This document shows, one piece after another, positions 25,501 to 34,586 of a DNA stretch of 64,000 nt; the first letter of the stretch is position 1, and the number at the start of each line of letters is the position of its first letter. The translations under genes and the position numbers were made by a program. This DNA comes from Thermoanaerobaculia bacterium (GTDB lineage: Bacteria; Acidobacteriota; Thermoanaerobaculia; Multivoradales; UBA5704). The notes beneath the pieces are model-generated. The model did not search any database, was not told the DNA's origin, and saw nothing but the letters and a program-made list of their open reading frames with translations. The stretch is taken from contig DATARD010000380.1 of assembly GCA_036264355.1 (NCBI GenBank), forward strand, positions 2,084-66,083. The letters run 5' to 3'.

Positions 25501-26778
25501 ATGCTCCTCATCCACAACCTCGCCGAGGTGGCGACGCCGCAAGGAACGTCTCCCCGCCGTGGTCCGGAGCAGGGAAAGGTCCTCCGCCTGCGCGGCGCCG
25601 AGGTGATGTGCCAGGATGGCAAGATCGCTTTTGCCGGCTCGCCCGAGGAGCGCGTCCGCCTTTTCGGAGAGCTGCCGACTGCCGGAGACATGGAACGGCT
25701 CGACGGGCGCGGCGGCACGCTGATCCCCGGCTTCGTCGATCCTCACACCCATCTCCCCTGGGCCGGCACGCGCGAGGAGGAGTTCGCGGCGCGGCTGGCG
25801 GGCACCACCTACCAGGAAATCGCGGCGAAAGGCGGCGGCATCCTCTCCACCGTGGCCTCCACCCGCCGGGCGAGCGAGGAGGAGCTGGCCGCCAACGTCC
25901 TGCGGCGCATGGACCACATGCTCGCCTGCGGCACCACGACCGCCGAGGCGAAGAGCGGCTATGGATTGAATCTCGGCGACGAGCTGAAGCAGCTCCGCGC
26001 CATCCGCCGCGCCACGGCCGAGCATCCGGTCGACCTCATACCCACCCTGCTGGCCGCCCACGAAGTACCGCCAGAGTATCGGGGACCGGACCGCGGGCGG
26101 TACATCGACCTGATCTGCGACGAGATCGTTCCCGCCACGGCGGAGGCCGGGCTCGCCCGCTTCTGCGATGTGTTCTGCGAGCACGGCGTGTTCAGCGCCG
26201 AGGAGTCGCGGCGGATCTTGGAGGCCGGTGTGCGCCACGGCCTCGCGCCGCGCCTGCATGCCGACGAATTCGCCGATTCGGGCGGCGCGGAGCTGGCCGC
26301 CGAGCTCGGCGCCCTCTCCGCGGATCACCTCATGGCGGTCTCCGAGGCAGGCATCGACGCCCTGGCCGGGTCCGGCGTGACGGCGGTCCTCCTGCCCGGC
26401 ACCAGCTTCTTTCTGATGAAGAAGGTCTATGCGCCGGCGCGGCGGCTCGTCCGGGCCGGCGTGCCCGTCGCCCTCGCCACCGACTGCAACCCGGGCTCGT
26501 CGCACACCGAATCGATGCCGATGATCGTGGTGCTCGCCGTGATCCAGCTCGGCTTGACGATCGAGGAGAGCCTGACCGCGGCGACGCTCAACGCGGCATG
26601 CAGCCTCGGGCTCGGCGGCGAGATCGGCTCGATCGAAACCGGCAAAAGGGCCGACCTCGTGCTCCTCGACGCCCCCAACCTCCTGCACCTCGCCTACCAC
26701 TACGGCGTCAACCCGGTGGCGGCGGTCATCAAGGAAGGGCGAGTAGCTTTTCGCGCAGCCTCCCGCGGGTTGGCGTAG
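25501..26778 (+). CDS. hutI: Imidazolonepropionase
   Basis: GFVDPHTHLPWAGTREEEFAARLAGTTYQEIAAKGGGILSTV, with length and C-terminal amidohydrolase blocks to match. Confidence 0.9.
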   Translation: MLLIHNLAEVATPQGTSPRRGPEQGKVLRLRGAEVMCQDGKIAFAGSPEERVRLFGELPTAGDMERLDGRGGTLIPGFVDPHTHLPWAGTREEEFAARLAGTTYQEIAAKGGGILSTVASTRRASEEELAANVLRRMDHMLACGTTTAEAKSGYGLNLGDELKQLRAIRRATAEHPVDLIPTLLAAHEVPPEYRGPDRGRYIDLICDEIVPATAEAGLARFCDVFCEHGVFSAEESRRILEAGVRHGLAPRLHADEFADSGGAELAAELGALSADHLMAVSEAGIDALAGSGVTAVLLPGTSFFLMKKVYAPARRLVRAGVPVALATDCNPGSSHTESMPMIVVLAVIQLGLTIEESLTAATLNAACSLGLGGEIGSIETGKRADLVLLDAPNLLHLAYHYGVNPVAAVIKEGRVAFRAASRGLA

Positions 26779-26812
26779 AATCTGTCCTTCCGGACTTCCT
26801 GGTCCAAGCTCC

Positions 26813-27244
26813 ATGCCAAAACGACTCCTCTCCGCCTGCGCCTTCGTCGCCGTCCTCCTGGCGCTCGACGGGGCAGCCTTGTCTGAAGGCGGAACCTCGC
26901 ACGCCGAGATCGTCACGCCGTCGGGCCTGCGCTACATGGACCTGCTGATCGGGCAGGGTCAGGAGGCGACGGACGGCAAGATCGTCGAGGTGCGCTACAC
27001 CGGCTGGCTGGCGGGCGGGAAGAAGTTCGATTCGACCGAGAGCTGCGACAAGCCGATGACCTTCCGCATCGGGGCCGGCGACGTCATCAAAGGTCTGGAC
27101 CAGGGGATCACCGGCATGCGCGAGGGGGGGAAACGCCGGTTGGTCATTCCGCCCGACCTCGGCTTCGGCAAGCAGGGCGGCGGCGGCGTGATCCCCCCGA
27201 ACGCCGTTCTCACCTATGATGTCGAGCTGCTGGCTGTCCGCTGA
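26813..27244 (+). CDS. FKBP-type peptidyl-prolyl isomerase, secreted
   Basis: Signal peptide, then VRYTGWL..G.KFDS ... FRIGAGDVIKGLDQGITGMREGGKRRLVIPPDLGFG. Confidence 0.9.
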   Translation: MPKRLLSACAFVAVLLALDGAALSEGGTSHAEIVTPSGLRYMDLLIGQGQEATDGKIVEVRYTGWLAGGKKFDSTESCDKPMTFRIGAGDVIKGLDQGITGMREGGKRRLVIPPDLGFGKQGGGGVIPPNAVLTYDVELLAVR

Positions 27245-27266
27245 ACCCTTTCCAAGGAGAGACCTC

Positions 27267-27620
27267 ATGGCAGAGCCACAAGAGATCACCACGCCATCCG
27301 GCCTGAAATACATCGACCAGCAGGTCGGCACGGGCGAGGAGGCCAAGGCGGGCAAGACCGTCTCCGTCCACTACACCGGCTGGCTGGAGAACGGCACCAA
27401 GTTCGATTCGAGCCACGACCGCAAGCAGCCCTTCAGCTTCGCTCTCGGTGCCGGCCAGGTCATCAAAGGCTGGGACGAAGGAGTCCAGGGCATGAAGATC
27501 GGCGGCAAGCGCCGGCTCACCATCCCCGCCAGCATCGGCTACGGAGCCCGCGGCGCCGGCGGCGTCATCCCACCCAACGCCACGCTGATCTTCGAGGTCG
27601 AGCTGCTGGGGGTGAAGTAG
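27267..27620 (+). CDS. FKBP-type peptidyl-prolyl isomerase, cytoplasmic paralogue
   Basis: Start is ATG 27267 behind AAGGAGAG. VHYTGWLENGTKFDSS ... VIKGWDEGVQGMKIGGKRRLTIP. Confidence 0.9.
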   Translation: MAEPQEITTPSGLKYIDQQVGTGEEAKAGKTVSVHYTGWLENGTKFDSSHDRKQPFSFALGAGQVIKGWDEGVQGMKIGGKRRLTIPASIGYGARGAGGVIPPNATLIFEVELLGVK

Positions 27621-27633
27621 GAAAGACGCGCCT

Positions 27634-27867
27634 TCAGGCTTCTCCTGCAGCAACCAGGTTGAGAACCTTCGCCTGCACGCCTTCCAGGACTGCATCCCTC
27701 AGAAAGGCGCTGGCGTCGAGGATCTCGATCCCGATGAGCTCACCTTTTTGATTCAGCTCGGCCGTGATGTTCGGGCTCAGCTCGATGCTGTTTGCTTCGG
27801 CCTCCTCCGAAAAGACGAGGTGCAGGATGTCCTCCTGCGAGAAGTACGACATCTTGGGCTTGGTCAT
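27634..27867 (-). CDS. DUF2283 domain-containing protein (putative antitoxin)
   Basis: MSYFSQEDILHLVFSEEAEANSIELSPNITAELNQKGELIGIEILDAS. Confidence 0.8.
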   Translation of the reverse strand: MTKPKMSYFSQEDILHLVFSEEAEANSIELSPNITAELNQKGELIGIEILDASAFLRDAVLEGVQAKVLNLVAAGEA

Positions 27868-28133
27868 GGCTTGAATCTCCCCGTCTTCAGACGGAGGTTG
27901 ATCTGTTGACGGGTCGTGGCGTGGACCGTGACGGGCGTCAGGGTCTCGCCTTCCTGCTCGTACGGGATCACGACCAGATGACTGCCATCGCGTCCCACGG
28001 CCACCATCCGCTGGGTGGCGATGTCAAAGTACCGCTCCTCGGAATAGAGGACGATCCCTTCGACGGCGGCCGGAGAGAACCCCCGCAGATGTGCCCGGTG
28101 CTGCAGATAGTCCGTCCACACGACCTTGCCCAT
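27864..28133 (-). CDS. DUF4258 domain-containing protein (putative toxin)
   Basis: YLQHRAHLRGFSPAAVEGIV ... VVIPYEQEGETLTPVTVH. It overlaps the downstream DUF2283 gene by 4 nt. Confidence 0.8.
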   Translation of the reverse strand: MGKVVWTDYLQHRAHLRGFSPAAVEGIVLYSEERYFDIATQRMVAVGRDGSHLVVIPYEQEGETLTPVTVHATTRQQINLRLKTGRFKP

Positions 28134-28159
28134 CCGTCGCTCCCCAAGAGATTGTAGTC

Positions 28160-29002
28160 CTACAACCGCGAAAACCGCGTCAGCTCAATCCCCGCCTCCC
28201 GCAGCATCCCCGGGACGCGGGGATCGCACAAGGCCGCCGTTTCGGCGTCCCAGTCATAGTCCCAGTCGTAGTCCGCGGCGAGGTCGGCGTCTCCGCGACC
28301 GGGATGGCAGACCAGCTCGTTCGTGCCGGCGGCTCCGGCCAGGGCGCGGCGCAGGCGGTCGACGGTCAGGTGGCCGGCGCCGGCGACTCCGAGCGTCCGC
28401 TCGACAGCTTCGAGATGGTTGTTGGCTCCCAGGCGCCGGCGTGCTCTCCGGCCGAAGTGGTTGAGCACGGCGAGCTGGGCGGAGCGCGCGGACCAGCCGC
28501 CGGGTGCCGGCTCGCAGGGGATGCGGATGAAGCGGATGCCGTGCTCCTCGGCCAGCCGCATCACGATGTCGAAAATCCGTGGCAGCACGTGCAGGTGCTG
28601 GTGCGCGTTGGCGTGCACCACCGGCAGACCCGTGGCGCTCAGGCGCTCGATCTGGAGACGCAGCTCGGCTTCGATCTCTGCCAGGGCGAGACCGCCGGCG
28701 AGAAACCGCCGCGCCAGGGCCGGATAGCCGGAGAGCAGCGCGCCGTCGCGGCCGAGGAGCGAGGGGATGCGCTCCGGCGGCGACAGCGGCCGTTCGCCCA
28801 CCAGGGTCAGGTGGATTCCAACGTCCACATCACTCAGATCACCCGGACGGTCGCGGAGGAGCTCGACGGCGGGCTCGAATGCGCGGCCGACCGCGGCGAC
28901 GCTCACCGCGGTGACGATCCCCGCGTCGCAGGCCGCGAGGGCGCCGCGGGTCATGCCGGGATGGAGGCCGACATCGTCGGCCGTGACGACGAGCTTTTTC
29001 AA
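28160..29002 (-). CDS. ChbG/HpnK (YdjC) family carbohydrate deacetylase
   Basis: The last 280 aa of ORF 28160..29821: (L/M)KKLVVTADDVGLHPGMTRG ... VGIHLTL ... NAHQHLHVLP. TTG start at 29002 forms a TTGA overlap with the GT2 stop. Confidence 0.8.
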   Translation of the reverse strand: MKKLVVTADDVGLHPGMTRGALAACDAGIVTAVSVAAVGRAFEPAVELLRDRPGDLSDVDVGIHLTLVGERPLSPPERIPSLLGRDGALLSGYPALARRFLAGGLALAEIEAELRLQIERLSATGLPVVHANAHQHLHVLPRIFDIVMRLAEEHGIRFIRIPCEPAPGGWSARSAQLAVLNHFGRRARRRLGANNHLEAVERTLGVAGAGHLTVDRLRRALAGAAGTNELVCHPGRGDADLAADYDWDYDWDAETAALCDPRVPGMLREAGIELTRFSRL

Positions 29003-29814
29003 GGAGCGGTTGCGGAGGCCCCCGCGGCCACGGAATACGCGTCGCCAGGAGGAGGCTCGGACGACTCCTCGGCGGGCGGGTCCTGCCGGCGGCGCGGATG
29101 GCGCATCTCCGGATACAGGCGGATCAGCTCGCGGAGGATCTTGAAGATCACCGACGGCGAGGAGAGCGTCGACTCGCCGCGGCTGCGCGGGAAGTAGTCC
29201 AGACCGAGCTGCTGGATCACGAAGCCCAGGTTCTTCGCCTTGACGATCAGCTCGGCGTCGATCAGCGAGCCTTCGGAGCGCAGCTCCACCGCCTCCAGCA
29301 CCTCGCGGCGCAGGAGCTTGAAGGAGAAGTTGATATCGCGGTGCGGCCAGCCGAAGAGGACGCCGATCAGCGAGTTGTAGAGATAGGAATAGACCGTGCG
29401 GCGCAGTCCCTCGGCCGTCCGGTCGAGCCGGTAGCCGGCGATCACGTCCGCCCGGGTGACCTCGAGGGCGCGGATCGCCGGACCGATGACGTTGGGATCG
29501 AACGGCAGGTCGGCGTCCATGTAGACCACCAGGTCCTTGCGGGCCGCCGCGAAGCCGGTCTTGAGCGAGCCGCCGAGCTTGCGGTTCACCTCGTGGCGCA
29601 GCATGCGGATGCGCGGATTTTGCTCCGCGAGGCGGCTGACGATCGCCGGCGAGCGGTCGGTCGAGGCGTCGTCGACGATGACGATCTCGTAGTCGCCGCC
29701 GTAGAGCTCCAGCGCCGAGACGCCACAGGCGATGGCGTGCTCGATGTTGTCCTGCTCGTTGAACATCGGGATCACGAGCGAGACCGACAGGGATCTGGTT
29801 TCCAGGTTCGACAT
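28999..29814 (-). CDS. Family 2 glycosyltransferase, polyprenol-phosphate sugar synthase-like (ArnC/DPM1-like)
   Basis: SLVIPMFNEQDNI ... EIVIVDDASTDRS ... VYMDADL. Confidence 0.9.
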   Translation of the reverse strand: MSNLETRSLSVSLVIPMFNEQDNIEHAIACGVSALELYGGDYEIVIVDDASTDRSPAIVSRLAEQNPRIRMLRHEVNRKLGGSLKTGFAAARKDLVVYMDADLPFDPNVIGPAIRALEVTRADVIAGYRLDRTAEGLRRTVYSYLYNSLIGVLFGWPHRDINFSFKLLRREVLEAVELRSEGSLIDAELIVKAKNLGFVIQQLGLDYFPRSRGESTLSSPSVIFKILRELIRLYPEMRHPRRRQDPPAEESSEPPPGDAYSVAAGASATAP

Positions 29815-29824
29815 GATTCATCCC

Positions 29825-31639
29825 TCAGGGAGCTTTTCTCTCCGCTCCCAAGAGCTGGACCGCCAGACGCCGGCGGTCGGGCCCCAACCCTGCTTCAGCC
29901 GGCACGAACGACACCGGCGATCGGAACGATACTTCGACCGGCTCTCCCGCCCGCACCGGCAGATCGACGGTCCGCCGCTCTCCCCGTGGAACGGTGACGG
30001 TCTCCGCGGCGCCGCCGTCCACGGCGACGGTCACCGCCACCGCCGCCACCGGCGCGTGTCCCGGCAGGCCGAGCGTCACGGCAACCCGGCTGCCGGGAGG
30101 CGAAAGACGAATCGCCGCGTCCGGTCCCAGCCAGCGCCAGAGCGGCTGGCGGAGGCTCGGCTCGAAGGCGTAGACGCCGCGCAGCGGCACATACCACCGA
30201 TCCGGCGGGATCGGGCTCAGAGAGACAACTCTAAGATGTCCGCGGCTCAGTTTGCCATAGGCGTCGCTTTCGGGCCAGAGAAATCTCATCGTGCCGGGCC
30301 AGAGGCTCTCGCCGTCGCCGAGCAGGAAGTCCGGCCGCACCAGCCGGTTCTCGGGCTCCCGCTGGAGACCGGGATCGGCGGGGATGCGTAGGTACTTCCG
30401 GAGCAGGTAGGAGGCATGGGGAGCAAGCTCCGCCTCGACGACGAGGACCGCGGTCTTGGGCAGCGAACGGTCGATCCAGCGCGCCGCCTGCACCGGCGGT
30501 GAATCCATCGTGGCGCGCATCGCCAGGAATGGCTCGGTGTAGACGATGAATCCGGCGGCGAGCAGAGCCGCGGCCGGCCAGACGGCGAACGGCATCCACG
30601 GCCGGTGGATCCGGCGTACCAGAGCGTCACATCCGACCGCCGCCGCGAAGGCCACTCCCAGGAGAGAAGGAAGGGCATAGCGGACGGCGTCGAACGGGTT
30701 CATCACCAGGAGCGCGAAGACGAGATCGACCGCGCACAGGACCGCGAGAGGCAGCGCGCCGATCCGCCGCGTCGCGGCCAGCGCGACAGCTCCGGCGGCG
30801 GCGAGCGCGAGCACCGGGAACGACGTCCACCGCGTCCCCCACGGGTGAGCGAGGAAACGCGTCGCCACCTGGAGCGCGCCGCCACCGGCCCGCGGCGCGC
30901 CGGCGTCGTATTGCGCCACCAGGCCGGCCTGCTTGCCGAGGAACGGCAGAAGTCCGGCCGGCCCGCCGACTGCGACGACGAGCGGCACGAACCAGAGGAG
31001 CGACACGGCGCCGAATGCACCCAGCCCCACAACCATCCACCGGGGCCTGGCCGGCCAGAGCGCCACCGCCAGCATCGGCAGCACGGCGAGAGCGAGCTGC
31101 GGCCGGCACCCCACCGCCGCGGAGGCCGCGGCGCCGAGCGCCAGAGCCGGCCCCGGCGACGCGCTCTCCCGCAGGCGCGCCGCGGCGGCCAGAGCCAGGG
31201 AGAGGAACATCAGAGCCGGCGGGTCCGACAGGGGCAGCGGCCCATAGATCAGCATGGCGGGAGACAGATGAAAGAGGATGGCACCGGCCACCGCCACCCG
31301 TTCCGAGCCGCCGATCCGCCGGAAGGCGTCGACCAGCGCGAGATAGCCGATCAGGGACGAGATCACACTCAGCGTCACCAGACTGACGAACGGATCGTGG
31401 AGGAGAAGATTGAGCAGCTTGCCGAGACCGATGAGCAGCGGATAGCCCGGCGGGTGCGGCTGGTGATGGAGCGGATCGAACCGCTCGATCCCCTTGACGA
31501 AGAGAACCTCGTCGCCCTCCCAGAGACTGCGCGGCACCGTCAGGACACGCGCCGCCGCCACCGCCCCGAAGCCGAGCAGGAGGGAGGGAGACAGCCACCG
31601 CGAACGGGTGACCGGCAAGTCGGGTGTCACCGGCATCAT
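29825..31639 (-). CDS. GT-C fold membrane glycosyltransferase (ArnT/PMT-like, GT39/GT83-like)
   Basis: Many predicted TM helices. First periplasmic loop is WEGDEVLFVKGIERFDPLHHQPHPPGYPLLI. Start chosen at ATG 31639 inside ORF 29825..31750. Confidence 0.7.
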   Translation of the reverse strand: MMPVTPDLPVTRSRWLSPSLLLGFGAVAAARVLTVPRSLWEGDEVLFVKGIERFDPLHHQPHPPGYPLLIGLGKLLNLLLHDPFVSLVTLSVISSLIGYLALVDAFRRIGGSERVAVAGAILFHLSPAMLIYGPLPLSDPPALMFLSLALAAAARLRESASPGPALALGAAASAAVGCRPQLALAVLPMLAVALWPARPRWMVVGLGAFGAVSLLWFVPLVVAVGGPAGLLPFLGKQAGLVAQYDAGAPRAGGGALQVATRFLAHPWGTRWTSFPVLALAAAGAVALAATRRIGALPLAVLCAVDLVFALLVMNPFDAVRYALPSLLGVAFAAAVGCDALVRRIHRPWMPFAVWPAAALLAAGFIVYTEPFLAMRATMDSPPVQAARWIDRSLPKTAVLVVEAELAPHASYLLRKYLRIPADPGLQREPENRLVRPDFLLGDGESLWPGTMRFLWPESDAYGKLSRGHLRVVSLSPIPPDRWYVPLRGVYAFEPSLRQPLWRWLGPDAAIRLSPPGSRVAVTLGLPGHAPVAAVAVTVAVDGGAAETVTVPRGERRTVDLPVRAGEPVEVSFRSPVSFVPAEAGLGPDRRRLAVQLLGAERKAP

Positions 31640-31654
31640 GTCCAACACGAGGGC

Positions 31655-31669
31655 CAGGATTATATCCTG
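31655..31669. promoter_or_regulatory. Perfect palindrome CAGGAT-TAT-ATCCTG in a 47-bp divergent intergenic region
   Basis: It is the only AT-rich stretch between the GT-C gene start (31639) and the methyltransferase start (31687). Confidence 0.4.
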
Positions 31670-31686
31670 CCGCCGTGGTGTCACCC

Positions 31687-32367
31687 ATGGAAATGCCGGA
31701 TTTTTCTGTCGCCCTCTCTCTGGTCCGGCGTACCTATGCCGATTTGGCACCCTCCGTCCGCGCGCACGCCGTCGGCCGTTTCCTCACCTGCCCCTTCCTC
31801 CGCGTGCTCGCCGCCGTGCCCTCCGGAGCGCATCTCCTCGACCTCGGCGCCGGCCATGGCACCTTCGCCCGCCTCGCCGTCGAGTGGGCCGCCGCGAAAG
31901 CGGTCGCCGTCGAGCCGGACGCCCGCAAGGTCTTCGCGACCTATCGTCACCCGCGGGTGCATTTCGTCGCCGGCTACGCCGACGCCGTCGCCGGCACCTT
32001 CGACGCCGTGAGCCTTCTCGACGTCCTCTATCGCATCCCCCTCGCCGGCTGGGACCCGCTCCTCCGCCACGCCTTCGACCGCCTGCAGCCGGGAGGTCTC
32101 CTGCTGCTCAAGGAGATCGATCCCGGCCATCGCCTGAAAGCGCTCTGGAACCGCACCCAGGAAAAAGTCGCCGACCTCCTCGGCATGACCCTCGGCGAAG
32201 CCTTCACCTACGAGACCCGGGAGCAGATGCAAAAACGGCTGGAGCGGATCGGCTTCGAGGCGTTCACAGCCGAGGACGTGGGCGCGGGATATCCGCACGC
32301 CCACGTCCTGTACACGGCCCGGCGGCCGGCAGGTCAGGAAGCGATCCGCACCGGCTCGGCGTGGTAG
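31687..32367 (+). CDS. Class I SAM-dependent methyltransferase
   Basis: LLDLGAGHGTFA (motif I) and LLLLKEID. Start is ATG 31687. Confidence 0.8.
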   Translation: MEMPDFSVALSLVRRTYADLAPSVRAHAVGRFLTCPFLRVLAAVPSGAHLLDLGAGHGTFARLAVEWAAAKAVAVEPDARKVFATYRHPRVHFVAGYADAVAGTFDAVSLLDVLYRIPLAGWDPLLRHAFDRLQPGGLLLLKEIDPGHRLKALWNRTQEKVADLLGMTLGEAFTYETREQMQKRLERIGFEAFTAEDVGAGYPHAHVLYTARRPAGQEAIRTGSAW

Positions 32368-32915
32368 ACCGGCAGGTCGTAGCACCGGCGGATGCTCGAG
32401 CCGAGCTTGCGGACGTCGGCGCCGTAGATGTGCAGGGAGATCGCCATGCCCGGTCCCGGATTGCTGACCACGTGGATGTCACCCGGCGGGTTGAGGGTCG
32501 CGATGGTTCCGACCTGGTTGAAAGAGGTGCCGGTGGCGAGCAGATACTCGTCCGGATATCCGTCGCGGACGGTGATGTCCCGCTCGTAGTGATCCTCCTG
32601 CTCACACCCCTCGTGCAGGCCGACCACGCACCAGCTCACATGATCGTGGATCGGCGTCGCCTGGCCCGGCAGCCAGACCAGGGCGACGAGCGAATAGCTG
32701 CCGTCGTCGGCGACGTGCAGGATGTGCTGCCGGTAGCGCGTCGGATCCGCCTCGCGCTGTGCCGGCTCCAGCAGCCCCGGGCGGCCCAGGAACGGCCGGA
32801 GCACCTCGCCCACCCGTTCGGCCAACCGCTTCGTATCCCGTTCCCGGGCCATCACGGCGTCCACGCGCCGGATCAAGTCATTGAGAAGTCCACTCTTCCG
32901 CTCTCTCGTCTCCAT
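32334..32915 (-). CDS. Cysteine dioxygenase-type cupin family protein
   Basis: TPIHDHVSWCVVGLHEG ... PPGDIHVVSNP. Start is ATG 32915. Its 3' end overlaps the convergent methyltransferase by 34 nt. Confidence 0.7.
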   Translation of the reverse strand: METRERKSGLLNDLIRRVDAVMARERDTKRLAERVGEVLRPFLGRPGLLEPAQREADPTRYRQHILHVADDGSYSLVALVWLPGQATPIHDHVSWCVVGLHEGCEQEDHYERDITVRDGYPDEYLLATGTSFNQVGTIATLNPPGDIHVVSNPGPGMAISLHIYGADVRKLGSSIRRCYDLPVYHAEPVRIAS

Positions 32916-33052
32916 GGCTGCTCCTCTCGTCGGCTCGGCCCAGGCGCCCAGCGCCAGGGCCACTGCAAGCCAGCTTAAGGAGACGAGGTGAGATTGTCGG
33001 TTCCAGAGACGTTATATTTTTGCGACCGGAGATCTCGGCAGATGGAAGACGG

Positions 33053-33112
33053 AAAAAGGGTGGGGCCGGGGGAAGGGCTGGTCCGGACCCTTCGAGGCGA
33101 GACTCCCGGCCC
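33053..33112 (-). terminator. GC-rich nested hairpin with T-run on the minus strand
   Basis: GGGCCGGG (33063) ... CCCGGCCC (33105) encloses GAAGGG..GTCCGGAC..CCCTTC. It is preceded on the plus strand by AAAAA, which reads TTTTT after the stem on the minus strand. Confidence 0.4.
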
Positions 33113-33159
33113 ACGCTCAGTGAGACACGGTCCGTCCGGTTTTGTTGAGAGAGGGAGAG

Positions 33160-33222
33160 AAAAAAGTGGGGCCGGAGCCGAGGGGGTCGCGACCCCCCGG
33201 TCCTGGCGCCTCTTCCGGCCCC
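33160..33222 (-). terminator. Intrinsic terminator downstream of the DUF4143 ATPase gene
   Basis: GGGGCCGGA (33168) ... TCCGGCCCC (33214) encloses the 16-nt palindrome GGGGGTCGCGACCCCC. The minus strand continues with TTTTTT. It begins about 35 nt after the stop at 33257. Confidence 0.5.
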
Positions 33223-33256
33223 GTCCTTTAGATAGACACCGTGCCGCGGATTTGGT

Positions 33257-34582
33257 TTAGGGGATGGCGCCGCCAGGCACGCGATCGGCGGTCAGGAACG
33301 CCTCGACGGCGTCGCTGAGCTTTTCGGTGCGGAGGAAGCGGACGCGCGTTGGACCGATCTCGGCATCTGGAAAGTCTCGGCGGTTGACGATCAGGAGCTG
33401 CTCGGGCTGATAGGCATCGAGAAAGCTTCGCGCCGAACGGCTCAGGAGCCCTCGGCTGTCGCCGGCCTTGACCTCGCAGGCGAGCAATCGGCCCTGGTGC
33501 TCGACGACGAAGTCCATCTCCGCTCCGGATTTGCTCCGCCAGGTGGAGAGACCGTCGAGGAGGGGATGCGCTGTCTTCGCAAGCTCGGTGAAGACGAGGT
33601 TTTCCAGCAGCGCGCCGCGGTCGGGCCGGTCCGCCGCCGGCTGGAAGCCTCCGAAGAGCTGGTTGCGGATGCCATTGTCGAGGAGGAAGACCTTGCGCGC
33701 GCTGGTGATCTCGGCACGTTTGCCGCCGACGAACGGCCGCACCATGCGGATCAGGTGCGTCTCTTCGAGCAGGCGGCAGTAGTCGGCCACCGTGTCGTTG
33801 CTGACGTTGCTCAAGGCGGCCCATTCCGAGAGGTTGACCAGGTTGCCGATCTGGCTCGCGGCGAGCTCCAGGATTTTGCGCAGAGCGGCCGTGTGGCGGA
33901 TGCGGAAGCGGTCTGAGGCGTCGCGCACCACAAAAGCCTCGACTAGCGAGGCCAAGTCCCGGCGTGGGTCGTCCGACGTCAACACGGTCGGATACCCACC
34001 AAAGACCATCATCCGCTCCACCAACTGCGAGAGCTCTTCCTCCCGGGCCAGAGAACCGCCTTCGAAGGCCATGTCCACCTCTGCCAACGACAACGGCAGA
34101 AGGAGATGGCGTTGGGCGCGGCCGGCGAGCGATTCGCGGGTCGCCGCTTCGAGGTCGAACGAGGAGCTGCCGGTGGCGAAGATCCGCAGACCGGTCCGCC
34201 GGTCGACCAGCCCCTTGAGAAAAAGGCCCGCTTCGGGAAGCCGCTGCACTTCCTCGAAGAACAGCGCCCGTGCCGCGCCGGCATGCTCCCTGACGTCCGC
34301 GAGGAATTCGGCTGGAGACGACAGCCACTCGCGCATCGAGGGCTCCTCGCAGTTGACATAGAGGACAGGCTCAGCTGTCTCTCCGAGCGTCTTCCAGATC
34401 AGCGTCGACTTACCGGCCTGCCGAGGTCCCACCACGAGCACGACCCGGTGATCGGCAACCAGGCGCTGCCGCCGCGGGATGTAGCTCGCGGGCAGGAAGT
34501 GCCGGATCCAGGACAGAAGCTCTTCCCCTCGCAGCCAGGGATTCTCGGCCAGGATGAGACGGCGCAGTTGCGGGGTCATCAT
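33257..34582 (-). CDS. AAA+ ATPase with DUF4143 domain
   Basis: Walker A VVGPRQAGKSTL and Walker B-like LFFEEVQ, with a C-terminal DUF4143-like region. Start is ATG 34582. Confidence 0.85.
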   Translation of the reverse strand: MMTPQLRRLILAENPWLRGEELLSWIRHFLPASYIPRRQRLVADHRVVLVVGPRQAGKSTLIWKTLGETAEPVLYVNCEEPSMREWLSSPAEFLADVREHAGAARALFFEEVQRLPEAGLFLKGLVDRRTGLRIFATGSSSFDLEAATRESLAGRAQRHLLLPLSLAEVDMAFEGGSLAREEELSQLVERMMVFGGYPTVLTSDDPRRDLASLVEAFVVRDASDRFRIRHTAALRKILELAASQIGNLVNLSEWAALSNVSNDTVADYCRLLEETHLIRMVRPFVGGKRAEITSARKVFLLDNGIRNQLFGGFQPAADRPDRGALLENLVFTELAKTAHPLLDGLSTWRSKSGAEMDFVVEHQGRLLACEVKAGDSRGLLSRSARSFLDAYQPEQLLIVNRRDFPDAEIGPTRVRFLRTEKLSDAVEAFLTADRVPGGAIP

Positions 34583-34586
34583 GCTG

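Noticed and set aside
28160-29821. The 553-aa ORF spanning both the deacetylase and the GT2 region.
   Set aside because: Its N-terminal half overlaps the clearly genuine GT2 gene (28999..29814) in another frame and looks like junk. Only the last 280 aa (TTG 29002 onward) match the YdjC/ChbG family.
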